From contig CBDCJO010000002.1 in the NCBI GenBank assembly GCA_965217865.1, positions 2,432,001 to 2,496,000 of the forward strand: DNA of 64,000 bases. Reading direction: 5' to 3'. A program made the translations under genes and the position numbers. Of this stretch, positions 54,913-64,000 are shown one piece after another (position 1 is the stretch's first letter; each line of letters begins with the position of its first letter). This DNA comes from Candidatus Latescibacterota bacterium (GTDB lineage Bacteria > Latescibacterota > UBA2968 > SICM01). Under the pieces are notes generated by a model that saw only the letters and a list, made by a program, of their open reading frames with translations, was not told the origin of the DNA and did no database searches.

Positions 54913-56401
54913 GTTGTCTTTCCTTGTGGTTTGGTCCTATGATATATCAGGTTCAAACTGAGAAGGGAGGACGAGCAAATGGCAATGGGAAAACGAGGCC
55001 GACAGAGACAGGAAAACCTGTTCATCGCATCGAACACTTTGGTGAAATCTCCGGGTCATCCGTTCTACGAGAAGCTGAATCAGGTATTGGGGGCGAACGG
55101 CTTCGACGAGTTCGTCGAGGGGCTTTGCCAGCGGTATTACGCTCCTCATATGGGTCGCAAGGGCATTCCGCCCGGGGTTTATTTTCGGATGCTTTTGATT
55201 GGGTATTTCGAGGGACTTGATTCGGAACGTGGGATCGAATGGCGTGTATCTGACTCGCTGACGTTGCGCCGGTTTTTGGGGTATGCCCTTGACGAACAGA
55301 CCCCGGATCATTCCAGCCTGTCTCGCATCCGGCATCGGCTTCCCTTGGAAGTTCACGAAGCGGTTTTCAAGTGGATCCTGAGGGTCTTGTGCAAAGCGGG
55401 TCTGGTGAAGGGGAAGACGTTGGGCGTGGATGCTACGACACTGGAGGCCAACGCCGCGATGCGCAGCATTGTACGCCGTGACACGGGTGAAGGCTACCAG
55501 GCATTCCTTGAGAATCTGGCCAAGGCCTCGGGCATTGAAACGCCTACCCGCGAGGACTTGTCCAAGATCGATAAGAAGCGACCGAAGAAGGGATCGAACC
55601 AGGACTGGGAGCACCCGCACGACCCGGATGCCAAGATCGCTAAGATGAAGGACGGTCGCACGCACATGGCGCACAAGGTGGAGCACGCGGTGGATCTGGA
55701 CACCAATGCCATTGTGGCAGTGGCGTTGTCGGGAGCAGATGAAGGAGATACCGAGTCGTTGCCCTGGACGCTGCTCGAGGCGCAGCTCAATCTCAAGCAG
55801 GTCGCGAAGGACGAAAAAGCTGCCAAACGTTTGCACAGACAGCGTATACGGGAGGTGGTTGCGGACAAAGGATATCATAGCAACGATGTATTGACCAGTC
55901 TGAAGCAAGGCGGCATCCGGAGTTACATTTCAGAACCGGATCGGGGACGCCGCAAGTGGAACGGCCGACGAGATGAGCAGGCCGCGGTATATGCGAATCG
56001 ACGCCGGATCAAGGGAGATCGCGGCAAGGCCTTGCGCCGAAGTCGTGCAGAACGGGTGGAAAGAACCATCGCTCACACATATGATACCGGTGGCATGCGC
56101 AGGTTGCACTTGAGAGACCGCGGCAATATCCTCAAGCGTTTGCTGATCCACATCGGGGGCTGCAACCTGGCTCTGCTCATGCGCAAAGTGATGGGCGTAG
56201 GTACTCCGAAGGCCCTCCAGGACCTGGCCAAGGCCTTGCAGCGTCTACTGCTCGTCCTACAATCACGTTTGCTGCCCTCGGTTACCTTTTTAACCTCTTA
56301 TCAGCGTCTCCTGCTCAATCTCCTTACCTTGATTTATCTGACCCGCACTCCAGGCGTCTTTTCCGTTTATGTGCGTTGAAAGGTAGTTCTTCAACGGGCT
56401 G
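54913..56401 (+). mobile_element. IS5/IS1182-like element, copy 5, lacking about 38 bp of the left end
   Basis: Begins at (G)TTGTCTTTCC after CTAG, shares the 1-bp deletion of copy 4, and has CTAG at 56402-56405. Confidence 0.9.
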
Positions 56402-56408
56402 CTAGGAG

Positions 56409-57440
56409 GTGAACTTGAAAAAAGTGGGCTTCATATCTGCGATTGGGCTTGGTGTGATCCTATCCTGCGGTGGGAGTGCGGACCGGGAACAGGATCAGTT
56501 CAGGGTGGTCATGGTCACGGATGTCGGCGGGGTGGGGGACAAGGGGTTCAATGATTCCGGGTGGGCGGGGATCCAGCGGGCCGTGAAGGAATTGGGGGTG
56601 AAAGCGGATATGATCCAGTCACGGGAACAGGCGGACTACGCCCAGAATTTGAGCCTTGCCGCACGGAATGCCGAGGTGGTTGTCGCGATGGGTTTCCTGA
56701 TGATCGATGCGGTTAAGAAGGCTGCGCCACTCCAACCGGAAACCAAGTTTGTATTTGTGGATGGGGCGATCGATGCCCCCAATGTTGTGAGCTACGACTT
56801 CAAGGCCCAGGAGGGGGCCTTTCTCGCAGGATTGCTGGCTGGGGCTGTAACAAAGACAGGGATTGTGGGGGCGGTTCTGGGTATGGAAATTCCGCCGGTG
56901 AGGGCGTATGAGTCAGGGTTTCGGGCGGGGATTTCGACTTTTTCCCGACAAAGGGGAAAGAAGGTGGGTTATATCGCGGTCACGGCAGGAGATTTCAACG
57001 ACCCGGTAAAGGGGAAATTCCTTGCCCGAGCGTTGATGGCCAAAGGGGCAGATGTGATTCTCCAGCTTTCCGGAAACACGGGCGTGGGTGTGCTCGAGGC
57101 GGTCAAGGAGGCCTCCGCGGAGACCTATGCCATTGGAGCGGATATCGATCAGGACGACCTTGTTCCGGGCCGGGTACTGGTGAGTGTGTTGAAACGGATT
57201 GACCAGGTGGTGTTCGATGCCATCCAAACTGCAAAAGATGGGGGATTTCAGGCCGGCCATCGTTGGGTCGGTATCGCAGAAGGGGCGTCCGGCCTTTCCG
57301 AGATGAGGCATACCAAGAATCTGGTCCCCTCGGACGCTCTCGTGATGGCACGGAAGGCGGAGTCCCTGATCCGCGGAGGTGGTTTGACGATCCCCTCGCG
57401 GATAGAGGATCTGGGTGCGTTTCTCGCCCCGAAGTTATAG
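56409..57440 (+). CDS. BMP-family ABC substrate-binding lipoprotein
   Basis: Lipobox ILSC, DVGGVGDKGFN, EGAFLAG, GADVI, AIGADIDQ, SVLKRID. Confidence 0.9.
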   Translation: MNLKKVGFISAIGLGVILSCGGSADREQDQFRVVMVTDVGGVGDKGFNDSGWAGIQRAVKELGVKADMIQSREQADYAQNLSLAARNAEVVVAMGFLMIDAVKKAAPLQPETKFVFVDGAIDAPNVVSYDFKAQEGAFLAGLLAGAVTKTGIVGAVLGMEIPPVRAYESGFRAGISTFSRQRGKKVGYIAVTAGDFNDPVKGKFLARALMAKGADVILQLSGNTGVGVLEAVKEASAETYAIGADIDQDDLVPGRVLVSVLKRIDQVVFDAIQTAKDGGFQAGHRWVGIAEGASGLSEMRHTKNLVPSDALVMARKAESLIRGGGLTIPSRIEDLGAFLAPKL

Positions 57441-57517
57441 GGGGAATCGGTTCGGTATTCGGGGACCGAATATCGTGTGAACTTGTGAAATGACAGGATA
57501 TTGCGTATCTTGAACCC

Positions 57518-58429
57518 GTGAAAGAAAAGATGAAAACCAACGGTCTCGAAATGGTCCGGTCTGCACAGGCCCATCATCCCCGGATCTATCAAGCCAACCG
57601 ATATGTCTATCCCGTGCTTTCCCGTCGATCGAGGGGCATTTCGGTGGGGATCAACCTGAACCCGGATAAGGTCTGTAATTTCGACTGCATCTACTGTCAG
57701 GTGGATCGCACGACGCCGCCGATTTTCAGGGAGGTGGATCTCGAACGGCTGGTGGAGGAGGCCAGACAGGTGCTGACCTCCGCAATCGAGGGGAATCTTT
57801 ATGAGGTTCCGCCGTTCGCGGGACTTCCGGATGAGCTTAGACGCGTTAACGACATCGCCTTCTCCGGAGATGGCGAACCGACTTCTTACCCCGAGTTCCG
57901 AGAGGCCGTCGAGCGAATCATTGCGGTGAGAGAGGAGCTCGGCCTGCAGGCGGTTAAGCTCCTCGTGATCACCAACGCCACGCTGTTTCACAGGCCTTAT
58001 GTCCGGGAGGGCCTGGCCCTGATGGACCGGAACAACGGCGAGATATGGGCGAAGCTGGATGCCGGGTCGGAGGCGTATTATCATCTGATAGAACGAACAA
58101 CAATCAAGTTCGAACGGGTGGTTCGCAACCTGATCGAAGCGGCACAGGTGCGACCGCTTGTGGTACAAAGCCTGTTCATGCGGGTCCACGGTAATTGCCC
58201 CGATGATGCGGAGATCGAAGCCTTTTGCGGTGTACTCCAGCGTATCCTGGACGCGGGCGGGGGCCTCAAGCTTATCCAGGTGTACACGATTGCCCGTCCG
58301 CCCGCAGAAAGCTGGGTGACCCCCTTAAGCGACCGGGAGGTGGACCATATCGGAGACTGTGTGCACGACGCTGTCCCTGTTCCGGTGGAGACTTTTTATG
58401 GGACCGAGGGGGAGGAAAATGGAAAGTGA
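57518..58429 (+). CDS. Radical SAM protein (COG0731-like)
   Basis: YPVLSRRS.G.SVGINL...CNFDCIYCQV, AFSGDGEPT, WAKLDAG, QVYTIARPP. Confidence 0.85.
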   Translation: MKEKMKTNGLEMVRSAQAHHPRIYQANRYVYPVLSRRSRGISVGINLNPDKVCNFDCIYCQVDRTTPPIFREVDLERLVEEARQVLTSAIEGNLYEVPPFAGLPDELRRVNDIAFSGDGEPTSYPEFREAVERIIAVREELGLQAVKLLVITNATLFHRPYVREGLALMDRNNGEIWAKLDAGSEAYYHLIERTTIKFERVVRNLIEAAQVRPLVVQSLFMRVHGNCPDDAEIEAFCGVLQRILDAGGGLKLIQVYTIARPPAESWVTPLSDREVDHIGDCVHDAVPVPVETFYGTEGEENGK

Positions 58430-58494
58430 AAAATGGAAAATGTAAATTTAAGTGGCAAAAGCACTGGCCAAGGATCCTGAAAACAATCTGATAG

Positions 58495-59493
58495 TTAATC
58501 TTTCAGGTTTACAATGACTCTTCCCTTCAGCCTGCCTTCGAGGATCTGATCTATTTTCGGACTCAGGTCCTCGAGGGTGGTTTCGACGCACAGGGTATCG
58601 AGCTGGTCAAGTTTCCATTCTCGGGCGATTCTTTCCCAAGTTTTTATCCGGATATCCATCGGGCATTCTGCAGAATTGATTCCGGCAAGGGTCACGCCTC
58701 TCAAAATATAAGGAAATACCGTCATCTTCAACTCGTGGGATGCGACCATCCCACAACAGGTCACCACGCCTCCGCTTTTGGTGGACTTGATGGCCGTTAC
58801 CAGGATACTGCCGCCCACGGTGTCCACGACGCCTGCCCATCTTTCGGGGTAAAGGGGTTTTTCCGAGGTCAGGTCCATTGTCTCTCTGGAGATCACTTCT
58901 TTGGCCCCAAGATCGAGAAGAAAATTTTTTTCAGCCAATTTTCCGGTCGCGGCCACGACACGATAACCCATCTTCGAAAGGATTCCAACGGCGATACTGC
59001 CCACCCCCCCGGTTGCGCCGGTGACCAGGATGTCTCCCTGGTCCGGCTTTACGGCGGTTTCTATCTTTGATACGGAAAGTGCGGATGTGAAACCCGCGGT
59101 GCCGTAGATCATGCTCTCTTTGGAGTCGATCTTCTCAGGACGCTTCATCGCCCACGAGGCCGGAACTCGGATGTATTGTCCGAAACCGCCCGATGTGTTC
59201 ATCCCCAGGTCGTAGCCGGTCACAATGACCTCGTCTCCCTGAGAAAAAGGTCCCGCGGCCGCTTCGACGACCACCCCCGCTGCATCGATTCCGGGTGTAT
59301 GAGGGTAGCGCCTCGTCACCCCCCGATGGCCCGTGGCGGAAAGGGCATCTTTGTAGTTCAGGGATGAGTATTCAACCCGAACCAACAGATCTCCGGAGGG
59401 GAGATCGTCGAAATTCTTCTGTGAGATTTCTCTTTTGAAGCCTTGACCGGAGATTTCCCGAACGATCATCGCCTTGAAGGTCTCCGCGCCCAT
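58495..59493 (-). CDS. YhdH/YhfP (AcuI-like) quinone oxidoreductase
   Basis: YSSLNYKD, PGIDAAG, YGTAGFT, TGATGGVGS, VFPYILRGV. Confidence 0.9.
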   Translation of the reverse strand: MGAETFKAMIVREISGQGFKREISQKNFDDLPSGDLLVRVEYSSLNYKDALSATGHRGVTRRYPHTPGIDAAGVVVEAAAGPFSQGDEVIVTGYDLGMNTSGGFGQYIRVPASWAMKRPEKIDSKESMIYGTAGFTSALSVSKIETAVKPDQGDILVTGATGGVGSIAVGILSKMGYRVVAATGKLAEKNFLLDLGAKEVISRETMDLTSEKPLYPERWAGVVDTVGGSILVTAIKSTKSGGVVTCCGMVASHELKMTVFPYILRGVTLAGINSAECPMDIRIKTWERIAREWKLDQLDTLCVETTLEDLSPKIDQILEGRLKGRVIVNLKD

Positions 59494-59525
59494 GATGACC
59501 GACTCCTTATCTGAATGGACAAATC

Positions 59526-60155
59526 TTGAAATTACAAATCGCTCTGGATCTGATTGATCTGCCGGAGGCTTTAGCTCTGGTGGCTAAGGTGGCTGACATC
59601 GTGGATGTCATCGAGGTGGGAACGCCACTCGTGATCAAGGAAGGGATCAAGGCCGTTACCGAAATCAAACGGATTTTCCCTGCCCTCGAGGTCCTCGCGG
59701 ATTTAAAAATCATGGATGCAGGAGACCACGAAGCCAAGATTGCGCTTGAGGCCGGTGCGGACATCGTCACGGTCCTGGGCGTTGCCCACGACGCCACGAT
59801 CCAAGGGGCCCTTGATCAAGCCGGGGCTTTCGGCAAAGCGGTCCTTGCGGACTTGATCGCCGTTGACCGCGTTGCGAAACGGGCGCAAGAGCTCGACGAC
59901 ATGGGGGTGGATCTCGTGTGCGTGCATACGGCTTACGATGTTCAGGACACGGGTGCCGACCCGGTTCGGGAATTGGAATCGGTTCGGCCGGTCCTGAAGC
60001 GGGCCGGGCTCGCGGTAGCCGGGGGAATCAAACCGGAGACGATCTCGCAGGTTGCCGCGTTTCAACCGGAGATCGTGATCGTGGGCGGATTCATCATGGG
60101 CCACCCGGATCCACGGAAGGCGGTCCTCGAGCTCAGGGGGAATCTCGCGGGGTGA
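59526..60155 (+). CDS. hxlA: 3-hexulose-6-phosphate synthase
   Basis: LQIALD, IEVGTP, LADLKIMDAG, CVHTAYD, AVAGGI. Confidence 0.9.
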   Translation: MKLQIALDLIDLPEALALVAKVADIVDVIEVGTPLVIKEGIKAVTEIKRIFPALEVLADLKIMDAGDHEAKIALEAGADIVTVLGVAHDATIQGALDQAGAFGKAVLADLIAVDRVAKRAQELDDMGVDLVCVHTAYDVQDTGADPVRELESVRPVLKRAGLAVAGGIKPETISQVAAFQPEIVIVGGFIMGHPDPRKAVLELRGNLAG

Positions 60156-60185
60156 TAAGACACGGACAATCGAAGGAGAGAGGCT

Positions 60186-60745
60186 GTGGCTATTCAGACT
60201 TATCTCGACCAGATCGTTGAGGAATTGCGCACCACCCTGGCACACGTCTCCAACGAGCAGGGAGAGAAACTCGTTGATGCGATCATCGAAGCGCGAGCTG
60301 TGTTTGCGGCGGGAGCAGGACGATCGGGTCTGGCGGTGAGAGGATTCGCCATGCGTCTGATGCATCTGGGATTCAAGGTCTATGTGGTGGGGGATACGAC
60401 AACCCCCTCGATCACGGGTGAAGACCTGCTCCTGATCGGCTCGGGTTCGGGCTCCACCGGGAGCCTCGGCGTGAGCGCGAAAAAGGCCAGGGGGATCGGT
60501 GCAAAGATCGGACTGGTCACGATCCAGGAGGACTCAGAAATCGGCAAACTGGCGGATATTGTCCTGACCATACCCGCGCCCTCACCCAAATTGGCGGGTG
60601 GCCAGGTCTCACTATCCCAGCAACCCCTTGGATCACTTTTTGAACAGGGCCTCTTATTGACCCTGGATGCGATCATCCGATTGTTGATGGTGAAGAAACG
60701 GGTCGAGGGAGCGCCATGTTTGCCAGGCACGCCAATCTCGAATAA
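60186..60745 (+). CDS. hxlB: 6-phospho-3-hexuloisomerase, frameshifted near the C-terminus
   Basis: GAGRSGL, FAMRLMHLG, GSGSGST, QPLGSLFEQ. The canonical tail MFARHANLE* is in another frame and ends at 60745. Confidence 0.85.
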
Positions 60746-60765
60746 AGTCCTCGTTGAGATCACGT

Positions 60766-61390
60766 TCAATTCAAATCGAGGATCCTGCCGCCCTGGATGA
60801 CCACAGGCATCCCGTCATTTCCGTAATTCACAAGGACGCCTGAGTAGGATAGATGATCCCCGACCCTAAGCTCTGAGAGTCGTTCGTTTTCCTGGGGGTG
60901 AGGGTAGAGGGTTACGTCCGGAGAAAAGGGCAGGGAACTCGTACCGTGGTGGAGGGAGATGTGGGCTTCAGGGTCCAGGGACGCATTTATATAAACGATC
61001 GTACCTTCCCACCGAACGTGTTTCATTTTGTAGCGCTCAAACTCCAGGTACTTTTCGTCGGGGGTCAATTCGCTTTTAGGGCCGAAGGTCTTCTCGAAGG
61101 CTTCCGGTGTCACCGAAATGAACTGGCCCGATTTGAGCGGGTCCCTGTTGCCGGCTTTGGAGATGAGTACCACGGCTATTCCGATCAGCAGGAGGGCACC
61201 TATTCCCCGAATCATCCGGGACCTCCCGGAGAGGCCATGGGCGCTGGGGAGCCTCCGTGGAGGGTAAGGGGTCGTGGCTGCGCCGGGGGGGGCAATCCCT
61301 CTGAGGTGTTTGCTCAGGTAGTTACCGCAGTGGGGGCACTTGACAGTGTCTCGTTTCACGTGCAGGGCGCATATGGGACAGGGTTTCATC
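60766..61390 (-). CDS. Zinc-ribbon plus TM plus OB-fold-like hypothetical protein
   Basis: CPIC..CPHC, a TM segment, then YKMKHVRWEGTI...GDHLSYSG. Confidence 0.55.
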
Positions 61391-61666
61391 ATGCCTAAAA
61401 TATAGTGTGCAATCGGAGATGGGGCAACATGGTTATATTCTTGGGTTATATTTATGATTATACTCATATAAATACAAATAGGCGCCCGAGATCGATATAA
61501 TCGTCTCGCTCGATTCATACCGCCATCCACGGTGTGACGATTCAGTCCTGTAGTGAGACCACGATGCCCCATTTTTTCGGCAAGCGCTATTTCCTTTTGG
61601 ATATATTTATATGTAACTTGGTGTATATTTTAGCTGGTATATCGATTAAAGGATCAGGAGCTTCCC

Positions 61667-61682
61667 TGGCACACACCTTGCA
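61667..61682 (+). promoter_or_regulatory. Sigma-54 (-24/-12) promoter of the RND operon
   Basis: TGGCACACACCTTGCA has GG-N10-GC spacing. An AT-rich tract and the TGCC-N10-GGCA palindrome near 61565 lie upstream. Confidence 0.6.
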
Positions 61683-61773
61683 AAAGAACCTTTAGCCGTG
61701 GCGGGTTGTCCGGGCATCGTGTTCGGGGTTTCGTTCTGATGACACGGCAACCGTGGATTAAGGACCCGAAGCT

Positions 61774-62994
61774 GTGATGCAGATTCGATTCAGAGGTTGG
61801 TTTGTCCGTGCGTTTTTGTTAACGCTTGCCTGCGCAGGCTCCCTGGCGGGGGGATGCGGGGGAAATGGAGAGGATGGGGGAAAAGCCGAGACCTCCGCAG
61901 AGGCCGACACGACAAGAGCGGACACGACTAAGACCGATACCAGCGAAACAGATTCAACGAAGACTGATGCGGAGGAGGGAGAAAAACCGGAAGAAGGGGT
62001 TCCTGTGAAAGTGGTGGTGGTCGACACAGGTTCGATATCCTCCTACCTCCTGTTCAGTTCAACGGTTGAATCCGAGGAGACCGTGGACGTCTATCCTCAG
62101 GTGTCCGGTATGGTGAGGCGTGTCGAAGTGGAGGAAGGGGAGCACGTGAAGGCCGGGGAGACGATCGTTCGTTTGGAGGACGATGAAGCAAAGTTGACGG
62201 TCGCCGACGCGGATGCCCGTTTCCGGAAGCTTCAAGCGGATTTCAAGCGGACAACCGAAATGCACGACAGAAAGCTGATCAGCGACCAGGAATACGAGAC
62301 AAAACGCTTCGAATTGAAGGAGGGGGAGATCGGTTTGCAACGGGCAAGGCTCGCCCTCGCGCACACAGCGGTCAAGTCTCCCATCACGGCTGTGGTTGCG
62401 GATCGATTGGTGCGGCTGGGCGATCGGGTCTCTCCGAGTAAGAAACTCTGTTCCGTCGTCGATATGCACAACTTGATCGTGAAGGTCTTCGTTCCCGGGC
62501 GGGAGGCCCAGTTCACGGCCGTTGGCCAGAAGGCGGTCCTTGAGTCGAACTTTCTTCCCGGTCAGAAATTCCAGGGGGGGATCAAGCGGATCAGCCCCGT
62601 GGTGGACCCCAGCAGTGGAACCTTTAAAGTCACCGTGGGGGTATCGGGCGGTGATGGGCAACTGAAACCCGGGATGTTCGTGACGGCTCTTGTCATCACG
62701 GATACCCACGAAGAGGCGGTGCTGGTCCCTAAACGAGCGATCGTGTACGAGGAGGGACTCCCCTATGTGTTTGTTGCCCGGGATTCGATTGCGGATCGGG
62801 TGAGGCTGGACGTGGGATATTCCGACGCCGACAGGATGGAGGTCCGGTCCGGGCTCGCACTGGGGGACAGCATCGTGATCGTGGGACAAACCGGTTTAAA
62901 AGATAAGGCCCGCAGCCGGGTGATTTCCGGAGAGGGGTTGGTGATCCCCGCGGAACCGGACAGCACCGAAGCCGACAGCACTAAAGAATCGTGA
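61774..62994 (+). CDS. RND efflux periplasmic adaptor (MFP)
   Basis: VEEGEHVKAG, VKSPITAVV, ISPVVDPSSGTF, LKPGMF, VPKRAIV. Confidence 0.92.
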   Translation: MMQIRFRGWFVRAFLLTLACAGSLAGGCGGNGEDGGKAETSAEADTTRADTTKTDTSETDSTKTDAEEGEKPEEGVPVKVVVVDTGSISSYLLFSSTVESEETVDVYPQVSGMVRRVEVEEGEHVKAGETIVRLEDDEAKLTVADADARFRKLQADFKRTTEMHDRKLISDQEYETKRFELKEGEIGLQRARLALAHTAVKSPITAVVADRLVRLGDRVSPSKKLCSVVDMHNLIVKVFVPGREAQFTAVGQKAVLESNFLPGQKFQGGIKRISPVVDPSSGTFKVTVGVSGGDGQLKPGMFVTALVITDTHEEAVLVPKRAIVYEEGLPYVFVARDSIADRVRLDVGYSDADRMEVRSGLALGDSIVIVGQTGLKDKARSRVISGEGLVIPAEPDSTEADSTKES

Positions 62995-63088
62995 ATCGGG
63001 TAAAGATCATCTCCCGTCTTACCTTCCTTTTCCTTCCCTTACACTTCCACGTGCATCCAATCCAGTAATCACATTCCATAATTTTGGT

Positions 63089-64000
63089 ATGAACTCGAAA
63101 TCCAAAGAAGAACCCGGAAATTCCAGTTCGTTTGAATGGACCACTAGGCGGCCGGTGGCCATCTCCATGGCGGTCGCGGCGATCGCGGTGTTCGGGTGGG
63201 TCTCGTACGATCGATTGCCGTTAAATCTGATGCCGGACATCTCCTACCCATCCCTGACGGTGCGTACCGATGCGCCGGGGATGGCCCCGGAGGAAGTGGA
63301 GAACCTGATATCCCGGCCTATCGAACAAGCGCTCGGGGTGGTCGGAAACCTGGAGGGCATCAGCTCCGTCTCCAGGGCCGGGCTCTCAGACGTTGTCCTG
63401 GAGTTCGGGTGGGATACGGAGATGGACCAGGCCATGCAGAAGGTTCGAGAAAAACTCGATCGGATTCATCTGCCGGAACTGATCGAGAAGCCCCTCATCC
63501 TGCGATACGACCCGACTCTGGACCCGATTATGCGTCTGGGGCTGTATGGGGTTGAGGACAGGTTTCTCCTCAGACGTGTGGCGAAGGATGAGATCAAGAG
63601 GGAATTGGAAAGACTGAAGGGTATCGCGGCGGCAAGGGTCAGAGGCGGACTCGAGGAGGAGATACGGGTTGAGTTGAAGGAGTCGATGTTGGCGACGATG
63701 GGACTGTCGATTCAAGATGTGAACCGGCGCCTTCAGGGGAAAGCTCGAAGAGGGCGAGATCCATTATCTGGTTCGAACCCTGAGTGAATTCCGGGATATC
63801 GAGGAGATGGCCGACCTGGTCGTGGGAGAAAAAAACAATGTGGGAGTCCGGCTGAGAGACGTCGGTCGGGTGTTTCGGACCCACAAGGAGCGGGAGATCA
63901 TCACCCGGGTGAACGGTCGAGAGAGCGCTGAGATCGACATCTTCAAGGAGGGAGACGCAAATATCGTCGCCGTTGCGCAAAAGGTGCGAAATCGGACTTT
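63089..64000 (+). pseudogene. RND (AcrB/SwrC-type) permease, frameshift/deletion near 63740; runs off the window edge
   Basis: RRPVA, LMPDISYP, PEEVENLI, GGLEEEIRV. The frame resumes YLVRTLSEF...VRLRDVG...RVNGRES. Confidence 0.85.

Overview
A 64-kb bacterial window of mixed GC content. The GWxTD/TPR protein, MacB-type permease and long ECF sigma factors suggest a Latescibacterota/FCB-like lineage, which is an inference only. The window is an extreme mosaic. A few intact genes (ABC-F ATPase, hflKC, GWxTD protein, ankyrin protein, BMP lipoprotein, radical SAM, YhdH/AcuI, hxlA, RND adaptor) sit among dozens of abutting gene fragments. Mobile elements include five copies of one ~1527-bp IS5/IS1182-like element (CTAN targets), IS256, IS3, IS630 remnants, two IS110-family elements and a 192-bp MITE. 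Defence relics include a shattered type I-G-like CRISPR-cas locus, an orphan type I-E array, a DUF499/SNF2/DUF1156 system, a Ubl-E2/E1-DUF6527 (Bub-like) operon and an EndoIII-like glycosylase fused to a C5 DNA methyltransferase. The strongest signals are: (1) an IS110 3' non-coding region whose predicted guide loops can be read directly against its own end and against the MITE terminus it sits in, i.e. a bridge/seekRNA programmed against another mobile element; (2) a multi-stem candidate RNA leader upstream of an ankyrin protein; (3) the glycosylase-methyltransferase fusion; (4) a divergent RNA polymerase beta'-like fragment next to repeated att-arm-like DNA; (5) attC-like hairpins. Family assignments come from recognising motifs by eye. 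No searches were run.
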